DNA of 64,000 nt. Origin: a virus. Location: positions 50,038 through 114,037 of IMG/VR virus record IMGVR_UViG_3300046467_002136; one strand, written 5' to 3'. The position numbers and the translations under genes are program-made. Positions 18,201-28,300 of this stretch are shown in pieces. Numbering within the stretch: position 1 is the first letter of the stretch; every line of letters starts with the position of its first letter. A model generated the notes under the pieces. The model saw only the letters and a program-made list of their open reading frames with translations, ran no database searches and was not told where the DNA came from.

Positions 18201-20437
18201 AATATAGAGGATTCGGGGATAAGAGAATCAACAATGGTGCTCATCCTGACATAACTCCAGCCAATCAGGCAAAAATGATGGAAGCTATAGGTGCTCCAGA
18301 GGGTGAACGTCGGGGTCTTTATTTGCCCGGTCATGACTATTTGATGTTCGCAGACTTAAAAGAACACGGCTCTGGTTCACCCCGACGGTGGGCAATCATG
18401 GAAGGCCAGTTCATACACGACACCCAACAGGGGCGTTCGCGAGCAGATCTGCCCCAACTCCCCGGTGAGCCGCTTGTCGAAACGTTAAGGGGTGCCCGTA
18501 GGGCCAATATGGGTGGACCCAATATGGGTAGAGGTGGCCGCACGAGAAGACAATCTCGCAGTGGTCCCCAGTCGCTTCGTGCCATGCCGGGGGACGTGGA
18601 TGCCCTATTTGACGAACCTGGTGTCCCGGACGTAAGTCCTGATATCGATGTAACGCCAGAAAATAAACCAGTAGATACCGCTGCACTTCGTCGTCTAACC
18701 GATCGCAGATATGGACCGCCGTTGACAGCAGCGCAAGCGAGGGAACGTCGAGTTGAAAGACTCGCAAGGCGTTCAGATTCGGTTAATCGACGACGGTCAA
18801 ATGATCTTTTGTCCCGATGGGATGAAGCAGCCAGTGGCACCAGTCGCGACCCTATGCGTCGTGGCTTGAGGTCGGAGCAAAAAATCCCACAAAGGGCAAC
18901 TGCCGACCAAGCTAAACCAGAGACTCGTGGTCGCCCAATGGGACATGTCGTAGAAGATTCTCAAAAACGCTTTAAGGGTAAGAAGTTTGAAGAAATCAAA
19001 CCCAGCGATTGGGACGATTTGAGCACTGAAGATAAATTCGCTCTTCTCAGTGCGGAATTGACTCCGAAGAAGAGCGGGATAAGACAAATCGACTATGACC
19101 GTATCTACAATGAATTAGACAAGATTATAGAAAAAAGGGAGCTTCGTAGAGGCCGCTCAGAGGGTCGCTTTGAAACAATGGCGGAACGACGCGCCCGAAG
19201 AGGTGGAGTCGTATTGTCACCCAATGTTCGCAAGCGTGAATCCGAAGATAGAGAGCCCAAACGAACAACGGCACAAGCAGCCAAAACGGAACGCAAAAAG
19301 GTTCTTAATCACCTGGAGTCGTCGTTCGCCAATGCCGATAGTAGAGCAACCGGCGGCGGGGACGCAGTTAGAAGTGAACACGCAGACATTTGGTCCGAAG
19401 CTTTAGACATAGTTTCAGAGTCGGATGATTTAACCCATTCCCAATTGCGTGCTCTTGATGGATTGTTTGACAGTTATCTCAGTAGAGAGTCTGGCGACTT
19501 GTCACCGGTTGAAGGCGAACTGCGCGCTGCCGCACTAAGTCGTAAGAGCCACATTGAAGATCTTCTTTCTGACTATGAGAGTGATCGATTTATTTCTGAA
19601 GGAAATACCCCTGAAGTTCGAACCTTGGGTGGGGGTGGCGACGATCTCGACATTATGGAAGTCAACAACCTTGAACTGTTTTCTTCAGGCGGCATGCGAT
19701 CTATCCGACAAAACAGGAGCAAGCTGCCGGGTACATCAACGCAAGAGTATGTAGATGCCAGACGACGACAAGGTTTGCGTTCGCAAGCTCATACATCCAG
19801 AGAAGAAAAGATCGGAGATCTTCGCAACCTTTGGAGTAACGCGCGAGCAACTGGTGACAAAGAAGAAATGGATCGTCTGGAACGCCAATTGCGAGAGCTT
19901 GGAGCTAAACCCAGTAGGGGCAATCCTCGACCACAGTATTCAGCTCCATCACGCAGACTCAACCAAAATAATGAAACCAGTACGGGCAACCGAGGCATGC
20001 GATCAGAGCGCGAAGGCCGTGCTCAGATTGCGGGCGAAGCCACATGGTTTAAAAAAATTGAAGATTCTCTTCAAAAAGAAATCGATATGGCTTCACGAGA
20101 TAAAGATAAACAAACAGCTGACGCCCTCCGAACCCTAAAACAAACATTGGCTCGCCAGGAGTCGGGTAAAACCGGCGACAAGCGCACCAACGCTGGCACA
20201 TTGACTGTCACTCAGGCAGAGATTGACACAATGCTCGATGCTCTAATGCATGTTTTGGATCGTCAAACTGCTGAAAAGGGGTCCCGAACAGCGATGTTTG
20301 CCGAATTAATTGAAAAGCTTTCTTCCGCAGCTATTTCAACTTTTATATTGAGAGAAACAGAAGAAATTCAGAGTAGAACGCGAAGAGCGACCAACGAAGC
20401 AGGTCGTGGAGTCAACATCCCAAATACGGATTTATGA
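15206..20437 (+). CDS. HK97-type prohead protease fused to about 1550 aa polyprotein cargo
   Basis: Residues 1-175 contain DSVGDIVLPGAF, WGH...PIG, WSIGY and LYEVSPVLHGAN. These are followed by the DGDGDG motif, six G[ML]RS sites and an ART-like module. Confidence 0.9.
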   Translation: MPNELLDDIQFKARNGAQISVDSAQGIVECFVSGIGNKDSVGDIVLPGAFNESLKRRKPRVVWGHSWNDPIGKVLEIYEVSNADPRLPPKMKTAGIGGLFAKVQFNLAAEKGREAFANVAFFGEEQEWSIGYKTLQATFDPVKQANLLKEVELYEVSPVLHGANQLTGTISVKDGEYGACGTDGCECGTKSHIASEPDIQVEAEEAFIFEKGQMMGRVPMQMIIIPMPKKPDSDPHDADSDIWARGEAGPIDMEARMGLAREIHGRTKVPIKIIEATENMVVFLRKMVDGTTRMYRMPYHKTDSGQYTFGKPARVKPQTVYTPVQPNMPPVGPMSHKPNHYVSPIQGKETIEEAKSDYLISCTLDNIFEFKDTLQPIFDYYEVTVTPSVSGLLCSDYPSGFEDAADTAIKALGGRLGRGGGLGKGRRAGRALAATFDPKAWDGDGDGIVQEGTPFQRPSIPGINTNWPGDPKTRVKPDDYPDDSAQVRDARKPRRDPNRMRPGKGPARRRGVIDARWAAGLRSISPSKAVNASLDKTYQELVDEGLFKYPTKPHVAGKPIAVAHGAPDLAKLEEIVEKGWRREGGYEQRRIYFFPEGHESYMDWEGDYAWAPEDPVVDAGVTAQVTPKKPITIFHEDTHGSVNAQIAKQLGISESELKSTLMEQSELVPGTSEVADTARAAKPAWPDDHRSPLSLHRAFGVDLFADYTDNKNDGGNGHTLRGNMGSEIIVMDKDIIEVVGVRQTGWNEDQMVFHGGRRLYRSRNWEQGRDREVLDEDKFQEWRSRTNELASSGMRSRSGGSSGDWEDLKSQLPSQAIRNMSVKERKGRLADLDKKIDVLEHDMDEMGSLDPEYNEMKQRLSQLDSERTKHLISAAIDNWEGGQKSFVRLPVDSKGVELELTQDEIDSLRSHIKALIGKSKNNKVNGILAKYDQRLVGNKDGVVKIPKEQFSDLIKAWDQISPPAQSRMHPKTGRDILEFAALSPTQKFRSSQLDLPDNKYRGFGDKRINNGAHPDITPANQAKMMEAIGAPEGERRGLYLPGHDYLMFADLKEHGSGSPRRWAIMEGQFIHDTQQGRSRADLPQLPGEPLVETLRGARRANMGGPNMGRGGRTRRQSRSGPQSLRAMPGDVDALFDEPGVPDVSPDIDVTPENKPVDTAALRRLTDRRYGPPLTAAQARERRVERLARRSDSVNRRRSNDLLSRWDEAASGTSRDPMRRGLRSEQKIPQRATADQAKPETRGRPMGHVVEDSQKRFKGKKFEEIKPSDWDDLSTEDKFALLSAELTPKKSGIRQIDYDRIYNELDKIIEKRELRRGRSEGRFETMAERRARRGGVVLSPNVRKRESEDREPKRTTAQAAKTERKKVLNHLESSFANADSRATGGGDAVRSEHADIWSEALDIVSESDDLTHSQLRALDGLFDSYLSRESGDLSPVEGELRAAALSRKSHIEDLLSDYESDRFISEGNTPEVRTLGGGGDDLDIMEVNNLELFSSGGMRSIRQNRSKLPGTSTQEYVDARRRQGLRSQAHTSREEKIGDLRNLWSNARATGDKEEMDRLERQLRELGAKPSRGNPRPQYSAPSRRLNQNNETSTGNRGMRSEREGRAQIAGEATWFKKIEDSLQKEIDMASRDKDKQTADALRTLKQTLARQESGKTGDKRTNAGTLTVTQAEIDTMLDALMHVLDRQTAEKGSRTAMFAELIEKLSSAAISTFILRETEEIQSRTRRATNEAGRGVNIPNTDL

Positions 20438-20482
20438 TGACGCTGTCTAGTAATACTAATAAGATGCAACAGGTAGGATACA

Positions 20483-22285
20483 ATGTCTAATAGCGGTCTC
20501 AGAGGCAAACAATCGAAGTACCAATGCATGTTGAGCGGCGAAAAGGTCGCGAAACCGTGTGTTGGCTGCGTCAACCCTAAGGGGTGTCTGTCCAGAGCCA
20601 TGCAGTACAAGGAGCCTAAACAAATGGGTCTGGAAGAAGAAAACGTAGTCAAGCTGAATGCCGATGGTTCGGTTCTTAAGTGTGCTAAGGACTACAGTAC
20701 AAGTGATTGCGAGTATACTGCAGGTAGTAAGATATGTGGTAAATGCGGCGCATCAGCGATTGAACTGAAAGAGAGTCCAATGGAACAAGCCATCGCTAAC
20801 GATGAAACTCTGGACGACGAGGACGCAGTGCTGATTAAGGCACTTGAAGAAAAAGCCAGCGTCATGGACGAGGTGTCCGAAGTCGAAGCCGAAAAACGTC
20901 GTATTGAAAAAGACACTCGCGATACCTCCGATACACAATTGGAGGACGACGACGACGATCCGGATCACGATGACCACGAAGTCACAGAAGCCAAATCTGA
21001 AGATGATGTGGAAGAAAAGGTCGAAGACGAACCAATCGACGAAAAGACTGAAGACGATGGTTGGATCGGCCTAGAGGAAGAAGAGAAGGACGAAAAGGCT
21101 GGCGTTATGATGCGCGAAAGCCGTCTCAACGTCGATGATGAGGAAGAAGAGGAAGAAGAAGAGGAAGAGGCTCCTGTTGCTGCTGCTCCTCCTCCTGCTC
21201 CTCCCGCTGCTCCTGCTCCCCCTCCTGCTGCCGCTGCGCCACCCGCTGCGCCGCCTCCAGCAGAAGAAGCCCCTCCGGCTCCTATTGCCGAAGAGGAAGA
21301 GGCTCCCCCGGCCCCAGCCCCAGCCCCAGCTCTTGCTGAGGAAGAGGAAGAGGAAGAGGAAGAGGAAGAGTACGACGAATCCTCAGCCAAGAAATCCATG
21401 GGTGCATATTTGTGTGCCCTTGACCGAAAGGTCTACCCCGGCAACGCCTCTGTTTGCGACGACTGCCCAGGCGGTTGCGTCTCTGAAAAGGGCATGCCCA
21501 GCTTGCTCGAAGTCGAACAAGCTCTTGAAATTCAATTCAAGGGCGACGAATATGCAACGGTAATTGATTCCGTGTATTCCGATCGCGCAGATCTTTTTAT
21601 CTGCGATCTTGATGTCGATGGCAAAAAGGTCATCGAAGTATTCGTTGAAGCTAAGTCCGGAGAGGTTCTCGGATTCAGCCGTCTTGACGATTCTGTCTTT
21701 GAACAAAAAGATGCTTTCGAGACAATTGACCTTGTTGACTTCAGCGAGGCTGCCGAAATCGCAGTTAAGACAGTCGAAGGCGTAGTCAACGCTGTGGAGC
21801 CAGACGTGTTTGAATCTTTCGACTGCTACGCGGTAGAAATTAATGGCGTAGACGGCAAGTCCCATGATGTGTTCGTTGCTCTTGACGGTGAAGTCTTGGG
21901 TTATGACACATACGAACCAGATGAGGCAGAGGCCATCGAGGCCGAAGCTGCTGAAATCGCCCTTAAACGTGCGTTCTCAGACGATGAACGCGAAGGTTTG
22001 GCCGAAGAAGGCCACGCCATGAAGGATGGTTCGTATCCAATTGTGTCGGAAGAAGATCTCCGCAATGCGGTTCAGGCTTATGGTCGGGCAAGTAACAAAT
22101 CAGCAACAAAAGCTCATATTATGAAACGAGCTAAAGATCTTGGTCTGGAAGAACTCATTCCAACCAACTGGGTTTCTGGTAGTAACGAAAAAGCGATCAT
22201 GAGTGCAGACGATGCCGAATTCATGGTTTCTCTGATCGAATTTGAATTACTCGCGGAGGAAACCAATAACAACGGTCCCATTTAG
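20483..22285 (+). CDS. Acidic scaffold-like head protein with Cys clusters, PepSY-like repeats and a DGSYPI domain
   Basis: Poly-E and Pro-Ala low-complexity region. The PepSY-like part reads VDFSEAAEIAVKTVEG...YAVEI...DVFVALDGEVLG. The C-terminal part reads EREGLAEEGHAMKDGSYPI...AHIMKRAKDLG...IPTNW. Confidence 0.65.
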   Translation: MSNSGLRGKQSKYQCMLSGEKVAKPCVGCVNPKGCLSRAMQYKEPKQMGLEEENVVKLNADGSVLKCAKDYSTSDCEYTAGSKICGKCGASAIELKESPMEQAIANDETLDDEDAVLIKALEEKASVMDEVSEVEAEKRRIEKDTRDTSDTQLEDDDDDPDHDDHEVTEAKSEDDVEEKVEDEPIDEKTEDDGWIGLEEEEKDEKAGVMMRESRLNVDDEEEEEEEEEEAPVAAAPPPAPPAAPAPPPAAAAPPAAPPPAEEAPPAPIAEEEEAPPAPAPAPALAEEEEEEEEEEEYDESSAKKSMGAYLCALDRKVYPGNASVCDDCPGGCVSEKGMPSLLEVEQALEIQFKGDEYATVIDSVYSDRADLFICDLDVDGKKVIEVFVEAKSGEVLGFSRLDDSVFEQKDAFETIDLVDFSEAAEIAVKTVEGVVNAVEPDVFESFDCYAVEINGVDGKSHDVFVALDGEVLGYDTYEPDEAEAIEAEAAEIALKRAFSDDEREGLAEEGHAMKDGSYPIVSEEDLRNAVQAYGRASNKSATKAHIMKRAKDLGLEELIPTNWVSGSNEKAIMSADDAEFMVSLIEFELLAEETNNNGPI

Positions 22286-22309
22286 GGACTCCCCGAAAGG
22301 TGGGTCCGA

Positions 22310-25300
22310 ATGACCGAGTTCTCTCCAAAAAAAAGAACCTACCTCTCAGCAAGAATCCGTCGTAGACGACGAGATTTAGAAGCTGCTGGGCTGGACTTTC
22401 TTGAACGTAGAAACGTTCTTGCTGCACAGCCAACCCTTAACGCTCAAATTGTAGTTAAGGCGCTTGATGGCAGTATCGGAGATTCTCCTGAAAAGGAAAA
22501 AGATAAGTCCAAGAAGCGCACAGCTGGTTCAGGGGTTAAAGAGATAGAGCCCGAGGTTCGTTACGACCCTAAAGGTGTTCGTGATCCTGGACAAGTTTTC
22601 AAACTGCATGTCACTGCTCGTGACCTCAAAACAGGTGAAGACAATTTCGGGTGGATTGATCCGCCCGAGGCAGTGCCGAAAGAAAAACAGCGCTCCAGTA
22701 TGGCTGACGCTATGCAGTGGCGGGCAACTCGGCCTCAGATTCGGATACGGACTTACGATCAGGACCCAAGAACGGGTCAACCAATCGTTGAGACTGAGGA
22801 AGAAATTCAGGTCAAAGGTCTCGGTAGAACCCTCAAAGACACCCTTCCGGGCCAAAGTCTTGGGGGGCGTGCGGCCAGCGGCCTTGGTCTCATTGTTGAC
22901 GCTTTAGGAAAATTCCGTTGCCCACCCGGCACTCCGGCGGCCAATCAGTTCACCGACGAGTTCGGGACAAACTGTTTCTCGCCTGTAGAGATATTACGCG
23001 ACACAGTCCGGGGTCTTGTCAATAGTCTCAGATCCAGCAGAGGCCGAAGCTGGTCATTACCCGGTCGAGGCGATAGCGAAGCGGAACAGCTGAGGTCCAA
23101 TATCGCAGAGCGGCGCGCAGCCGCCGGTAAAGCCGGACAGCTTATTGGTAATACTGCGTCGATTGAAGCAGCCTTGATTGAACGCAACACCGTTATTCAA
23201 TCTTTAATGGATCAGTACGGCATTTCAGCTGGAGACGAACTAAACGAGGATATGTGGTCATTGTTGGAAGCAATGACCGATGTAGATACCGGTGATTTCC
23301 CCGACCTGGAATGGAAAGGATTGTTCACCAGCATGTTCGGAGATGAACTCTGGGATGAAAATCTTACGATGCGTCAAAATTTGGAAAAGATGCGTGCGGC
23401 AGTTCGCGAAGACGTATTCAGTTTCATGGGTGCACAAACCAAAACGGGTGCACAAGCAATCCGGGATTCGTATAACCATAGAGACCCCAAAGCGATGGCA
23501 ATGGTTGACGGTCTTGTTGGTCGACACGAATCAGCGATGCGAGGATTCTTAGGTTCGACTCTTCACGAGTTCGGAGACGATCCGAGAGCCATGAGCGGTC
23601 TCAAAAAGATTTCTTTCCGAGCCTACAACCCAGATATTGACGACTTCCAAAGCTATTGGGGTACCGAAGGGGAATGTATTCCCCTCTGGGAAGGTACCGG
23701 CACCGGGATGGCCACCAAACTCCAATTCAACGCTACTGCCATTGCCCTGCGACCGTTTCAAGAGGGTGGACTGACTCATGAGGGTCCGGACGGTCGACCA
23801 AAACTCGTACAGGTTGATGCTGGAGGCGCCTTTTCGGCATCAGTAACAGACGCCGAGAAATGGGCGGCAATCGCAGACTTTCTTGCACATACTGAAAAAA
23901 TGGAATACTGGCATAAACAATATGCAAATGACCTTACTGCCTCTGCTCACGGTGGAAGCCTCGAAGCCTTTTCCATGCATGTCGGATATCACGAACTTGC
24001 ACACGTTAAACAGTATCAACAGATCGCACAACGAGTATTAGAAACCTATGAGCGTGATGGTCAATTCTCGATTTACAAAAGAGACGGCACTGGACTCGAA
24101 TTATTAACTGCGAATCCTTCTGAATGGACAAACGAACAGTTCGCTATGGCCGTTGCCTCCACATTCCAAGATGCGCTTCCACCCGGCACCACTACCGACT
24201 TTCCCCCGATGGACATGGTCCAATTTGAGGGAAGCATGCTGCATCTTCTCGCAGGACAATATTACCAAGACCTGGTTCAAGGTTTCCTGCAAGCAACCTC
24301 TGGTGGTTATGCAGAAGATATTACTCCGGGTCAATATGTGAGTCCTTTGGACGCCAGAGGACTACCTGTTCACAATTCGGCGAAAGCCCACCTCAACCTG
24401 TTGTTTCTAGAGGGAACAGCTGAACTAGCGGCTCTTAAACGAACCGGAGGCATCGCAGGCGACGAACTCAATGAAGTTCTTGATTGGATGGACGCAGACA
24501 TAGCAGACGTTGTCTACGGGATTCCAGAGGTTGACGTTCCGTTTAAACCCGGTTCCATTGTTTCCGACACTGACATGGGTGAAGCGCCTTGGGACACTCC
24601 TCTCGAACCGGGCGAAGTTATGACGCCATCAGGCATCATTATTCCGACTAGTGCTGTGAAAAAGATAGAAGCAGCAGCGGCGAGGAAGAGGCAAGAACGC
24701 CAACTAACTACGGAGAAGCGAAAGCTCGAAACTGCTAGACGATTGCGGCATCGAACAGAAATACACAGTTGGGGCAGCGGCGGGGACGGTGAAATCAAAA
24801 CTGCGTCTGATGGAACAAAATATGTTTGGATCGGAGCATTAAGTGGTGAGGGCGAATGGCAGGTGCTATTTGATGACCTGTTTGAACCAGCATTTCTGGA
24901 GGAGCTAGAAGGTGTCACCCCACCCGAAGTGGACTATGACCTTCCACCCGGCATGCGCTCTGGCGGTATGCGCTCTAGGCGAGAATTGGGCCAATTCGAC
25001 AACGGACCCAGAGTCGGAAAGTTTTCCGGAGAAACACACGAAGAACCAGACGGCTCAGTCTGGGAGTTTCGCCCTACTCTTCGGGATCGTCCAGAAAAAG
25101 GTGGTTTCTGGCGTGATATGACAGACCCTGCAAACCGACGAGAAATAGCCGAACGCGCCACACGCAGACGCCAATTGGAAGCTCAAGAGGGTCGAAGCAT
25201 GGGACGACTTGCTCGCCCGGGGGCTGGAAGCGAATGGGAAAACATTGTCCGGAGGGGCGATGGCGGGATGCGTTCCACAAGGGCCACTGTGGGACAAAGT

Positions 25301-28300
25301 CTCACTCCCGAGGAGATCAACGATCACGCAATACTTGACGACCTAGAACTAGAACTGGAGAGATTAGACGCAGCGTCCCCCACCCTTCTGGGGCGGTTGC
25401 GTCAAAAGTTTGGTGGCCACAAAGGGCTCGAACAGCGCAAAGAGAGACACCGAGAGAGTATTGCAGCCGTTAAGGAAGCATTAGCTGAGGGCAGATTCGT
25501 CGAAAGTCTGGATGATTACATAAACCTTACCGACGAAGACAAGATGAAGTTTTTCGGACCTGAATACCATGGCAAGCCTCTCGTCGTCACCGCCGATCAG
25601 ACAGAACTTGCAATGAGAATCATCTTGGATAGTTATCGCCTCAACCCTGACGAATCTGATTCCGACAAACTCATGCACGTCAAAATTGTTCCCACTGATT
25701 CAATTACCGGAGAAGAGATCCAATCACTGCTGCATAAGGAATTCGCTGAGGCATTGGAAAACGGAATGCCTATTGCAGAGGCGCTAGAACAGGGTAATGA
25801 CATTGAAGCACAGCGCTTAATCGCAGAGTTCAACGCTAGCGACACCCCATTCATGCTCGGTAAAGAACATTATGACTTATGTAAGGTTTCCGTAGCGGGC
25901 TCAAACATGTTCTGTTATGACCACGAAGGCATATTGCGAAACAGCATGCCTCAGTTCAGTGGCCCTGTCTGGGATTTCGACACAGAAGAACACCAAAAGG
26001 TGTATGAAGACGCTATGACCAAGCTCGCCAACGCAGCCGGTCATGTCGACCCCTCAACGGATGAGTACGAAGACTGGTTCAAGTCCCCGGAAGGATGGGC
26101 CGCTAGGCAGGAAGCCCACAAGGAAGTGTTAGATGCAGGGGGCCAGGCGACGAAAGCCGCAACACTCTGGCATCAACAATTTGAAGAGAAGAAGAGACGA
26201 CTCATGTCGGAAGGGATGAGCGAAGCAGACGCCCTTCAAGGCGCAGCGGACGCAACCCAGTTCGGAGCAGATTCCACTCGTCAATTGATCGATCACTTAA
26301 GGGCAAACGGTGTTCGGGTCGAGGGTGGATTTGGCAAAGAAGATTTACGGCCCGATTCCGCCCGGATTGACGCCCCTGGCGATGATCTGGAAACCGGCAC
26401 AGAGAACCCGATCAAGAAAGCTTTGCTATTTCTTAAGGCCAGTCAGAACGAACTAATCGGACCCAAGGTGATGAAAGAAGCCCGGAAGGCGACCATAAAA
26501 CAACCTGACGGGACATACATCAAAAACCCGGACCACTGGCTCTTTAAAGGATTCGATGGTTCTTCAGATCCGATTTTGGTTACCGACGACGGGTTCATTC
26601 TTGATGGTCATCACCGCTGGGCAATGCTCGTAGCGGTTGCCAGTCTGACGGGAGATGAAGACGAAATTTTGGGCCACAAGAACGTTGTCGTCGTTCATAT
26701 GCCCATCAACGAAGCCTTGTCTTACGGGGTGGCCTTTGCCGACGATATGGGTATGCAGCGGGCACCCGCTGGACCGGATGAAGCTGCCCCACATCCTTCG
26801 ACGCTTCCTGACGTATCAGGAACGTGGGCGAAACGACAGGCTCTGGCTGACGAGAAGAAAAGTTTATTGCCTGAAAGTCCGGTCGAAGAACGTGGGATGC
26901 GATCCTCCCGTCGCATGCAAGGCGATTTCGACGAAATCACCCGGGTCGGAAAATTCCATGGAGAAACTCACACAGAACCAGATGGTTCAGTCTGGGAATA
27001 CCGCCCAACTCTTCGAGATAGGCCCGAACAAGGCGGGAATTGGATTGATCTTTCTGATCCCGGCATGCGACGACATATGGCTGATCGCGCAAGAAAAAGG
27101 CGTCTGGCAGAAGGCGAAGCCGGTGCTTTCGGTGGCTATGACCGTCCTAGAGGGCGTGCAGGTATGCGCTCCGAGCGTCTACCTCAAAGGGACGAAGAAA
27201 CCCGCCCAGGGTGGGACCATGCTCCGCATCGAGGCCGAGGGGTTCCTGATGGTTCGCCGAACCGCTTCCGTGAGGTACGCGGTGGTCAATATGTCAATAG
27301 CGAATGGGACGACATCAGTCGCGGCGGGATGCGTTCCCAGCGCAGAGAAATAGAACTGCGGAACATGGAACGTGAAATCCAAGCCGCAGTAGGGCGTGAA
27401 CGGGCTCTCGAAACAGATCTTCTTCAGCTCCGAGAAGATGAAGATGGTTTCGTTATTACTCGTGAAGAATTTGACAATTCGGTTGCCGAAATATCTATTG
27501 AGCGACAGGCATTGAAGGAGCGTAAGCAGCGACTGCAGCAACAGCACTCGATCCTTAAGCGCCATCGCGACAGGGGTTCTAGAACGGGCATGCGGTCGAT
27601 TCGTGTGAGAAAGCAAAGCGACAACCCCGGCGCAGCAGAAATGATGACCAATCGCAACGCCAGCTTGGCTGAAGCGATTCCGGATTCAGCGTTCTCTGCT
27701 CCCAGTGGTTGGGGAAGCAACTATGGAACTGATCGCACTTCTAGAGCCTTGCCGCCAATCCAAAGTCGCAGTAGCGCACTCTCGGATCACTATGAAAAAC
27801 TCGACAGTTCACTGGAAGATTTACTAGGAAGTGAAGACGGGCAATACCTGCAAGGGCCTAACCTGTCATTTTTGGAGTTCGACCCGGAAGTTGTCGAATT
27901 CCTATCCAACCACGAAAAAGACGAAGTTAGTGAGACTATTGCCAAAGCAGCCGTTCAATTCCATCGTGGATTCGACCGGAGACCAAGAGTCCTACTCGAT
28001 TCAGATGAATTTGAAAATCTGTTAGAAACAGGCAGCCACTCCAGACCAGATGTTCCATACGGCGAAAACAGTGTTGCGGATTTACGCATGGACTATGACC
28101 TTCGTAACGGTTTTGACACAAATACCCCGGCGTCTCAGCGTCCGGTAAGTGGACACCTGTATCACGCCATGGATGATGACCAAATATCCGAACGCCTCGA
28201 TGCCATTGATGGGCCGTTGATGGAACGACTCCCTGACTTCTGGGATTCAGAAGGAACGGCCCCTTGGGGAGATCCAGCAGCAATGGGTGGAGACATCGAC

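Noticed and set aside
20965-21563. Poly-Ser/Gly and poly-Leu/Lys-Arg ORFs
   Set aside because: They are alternative frames of the polyE/Pro-Ala tract.
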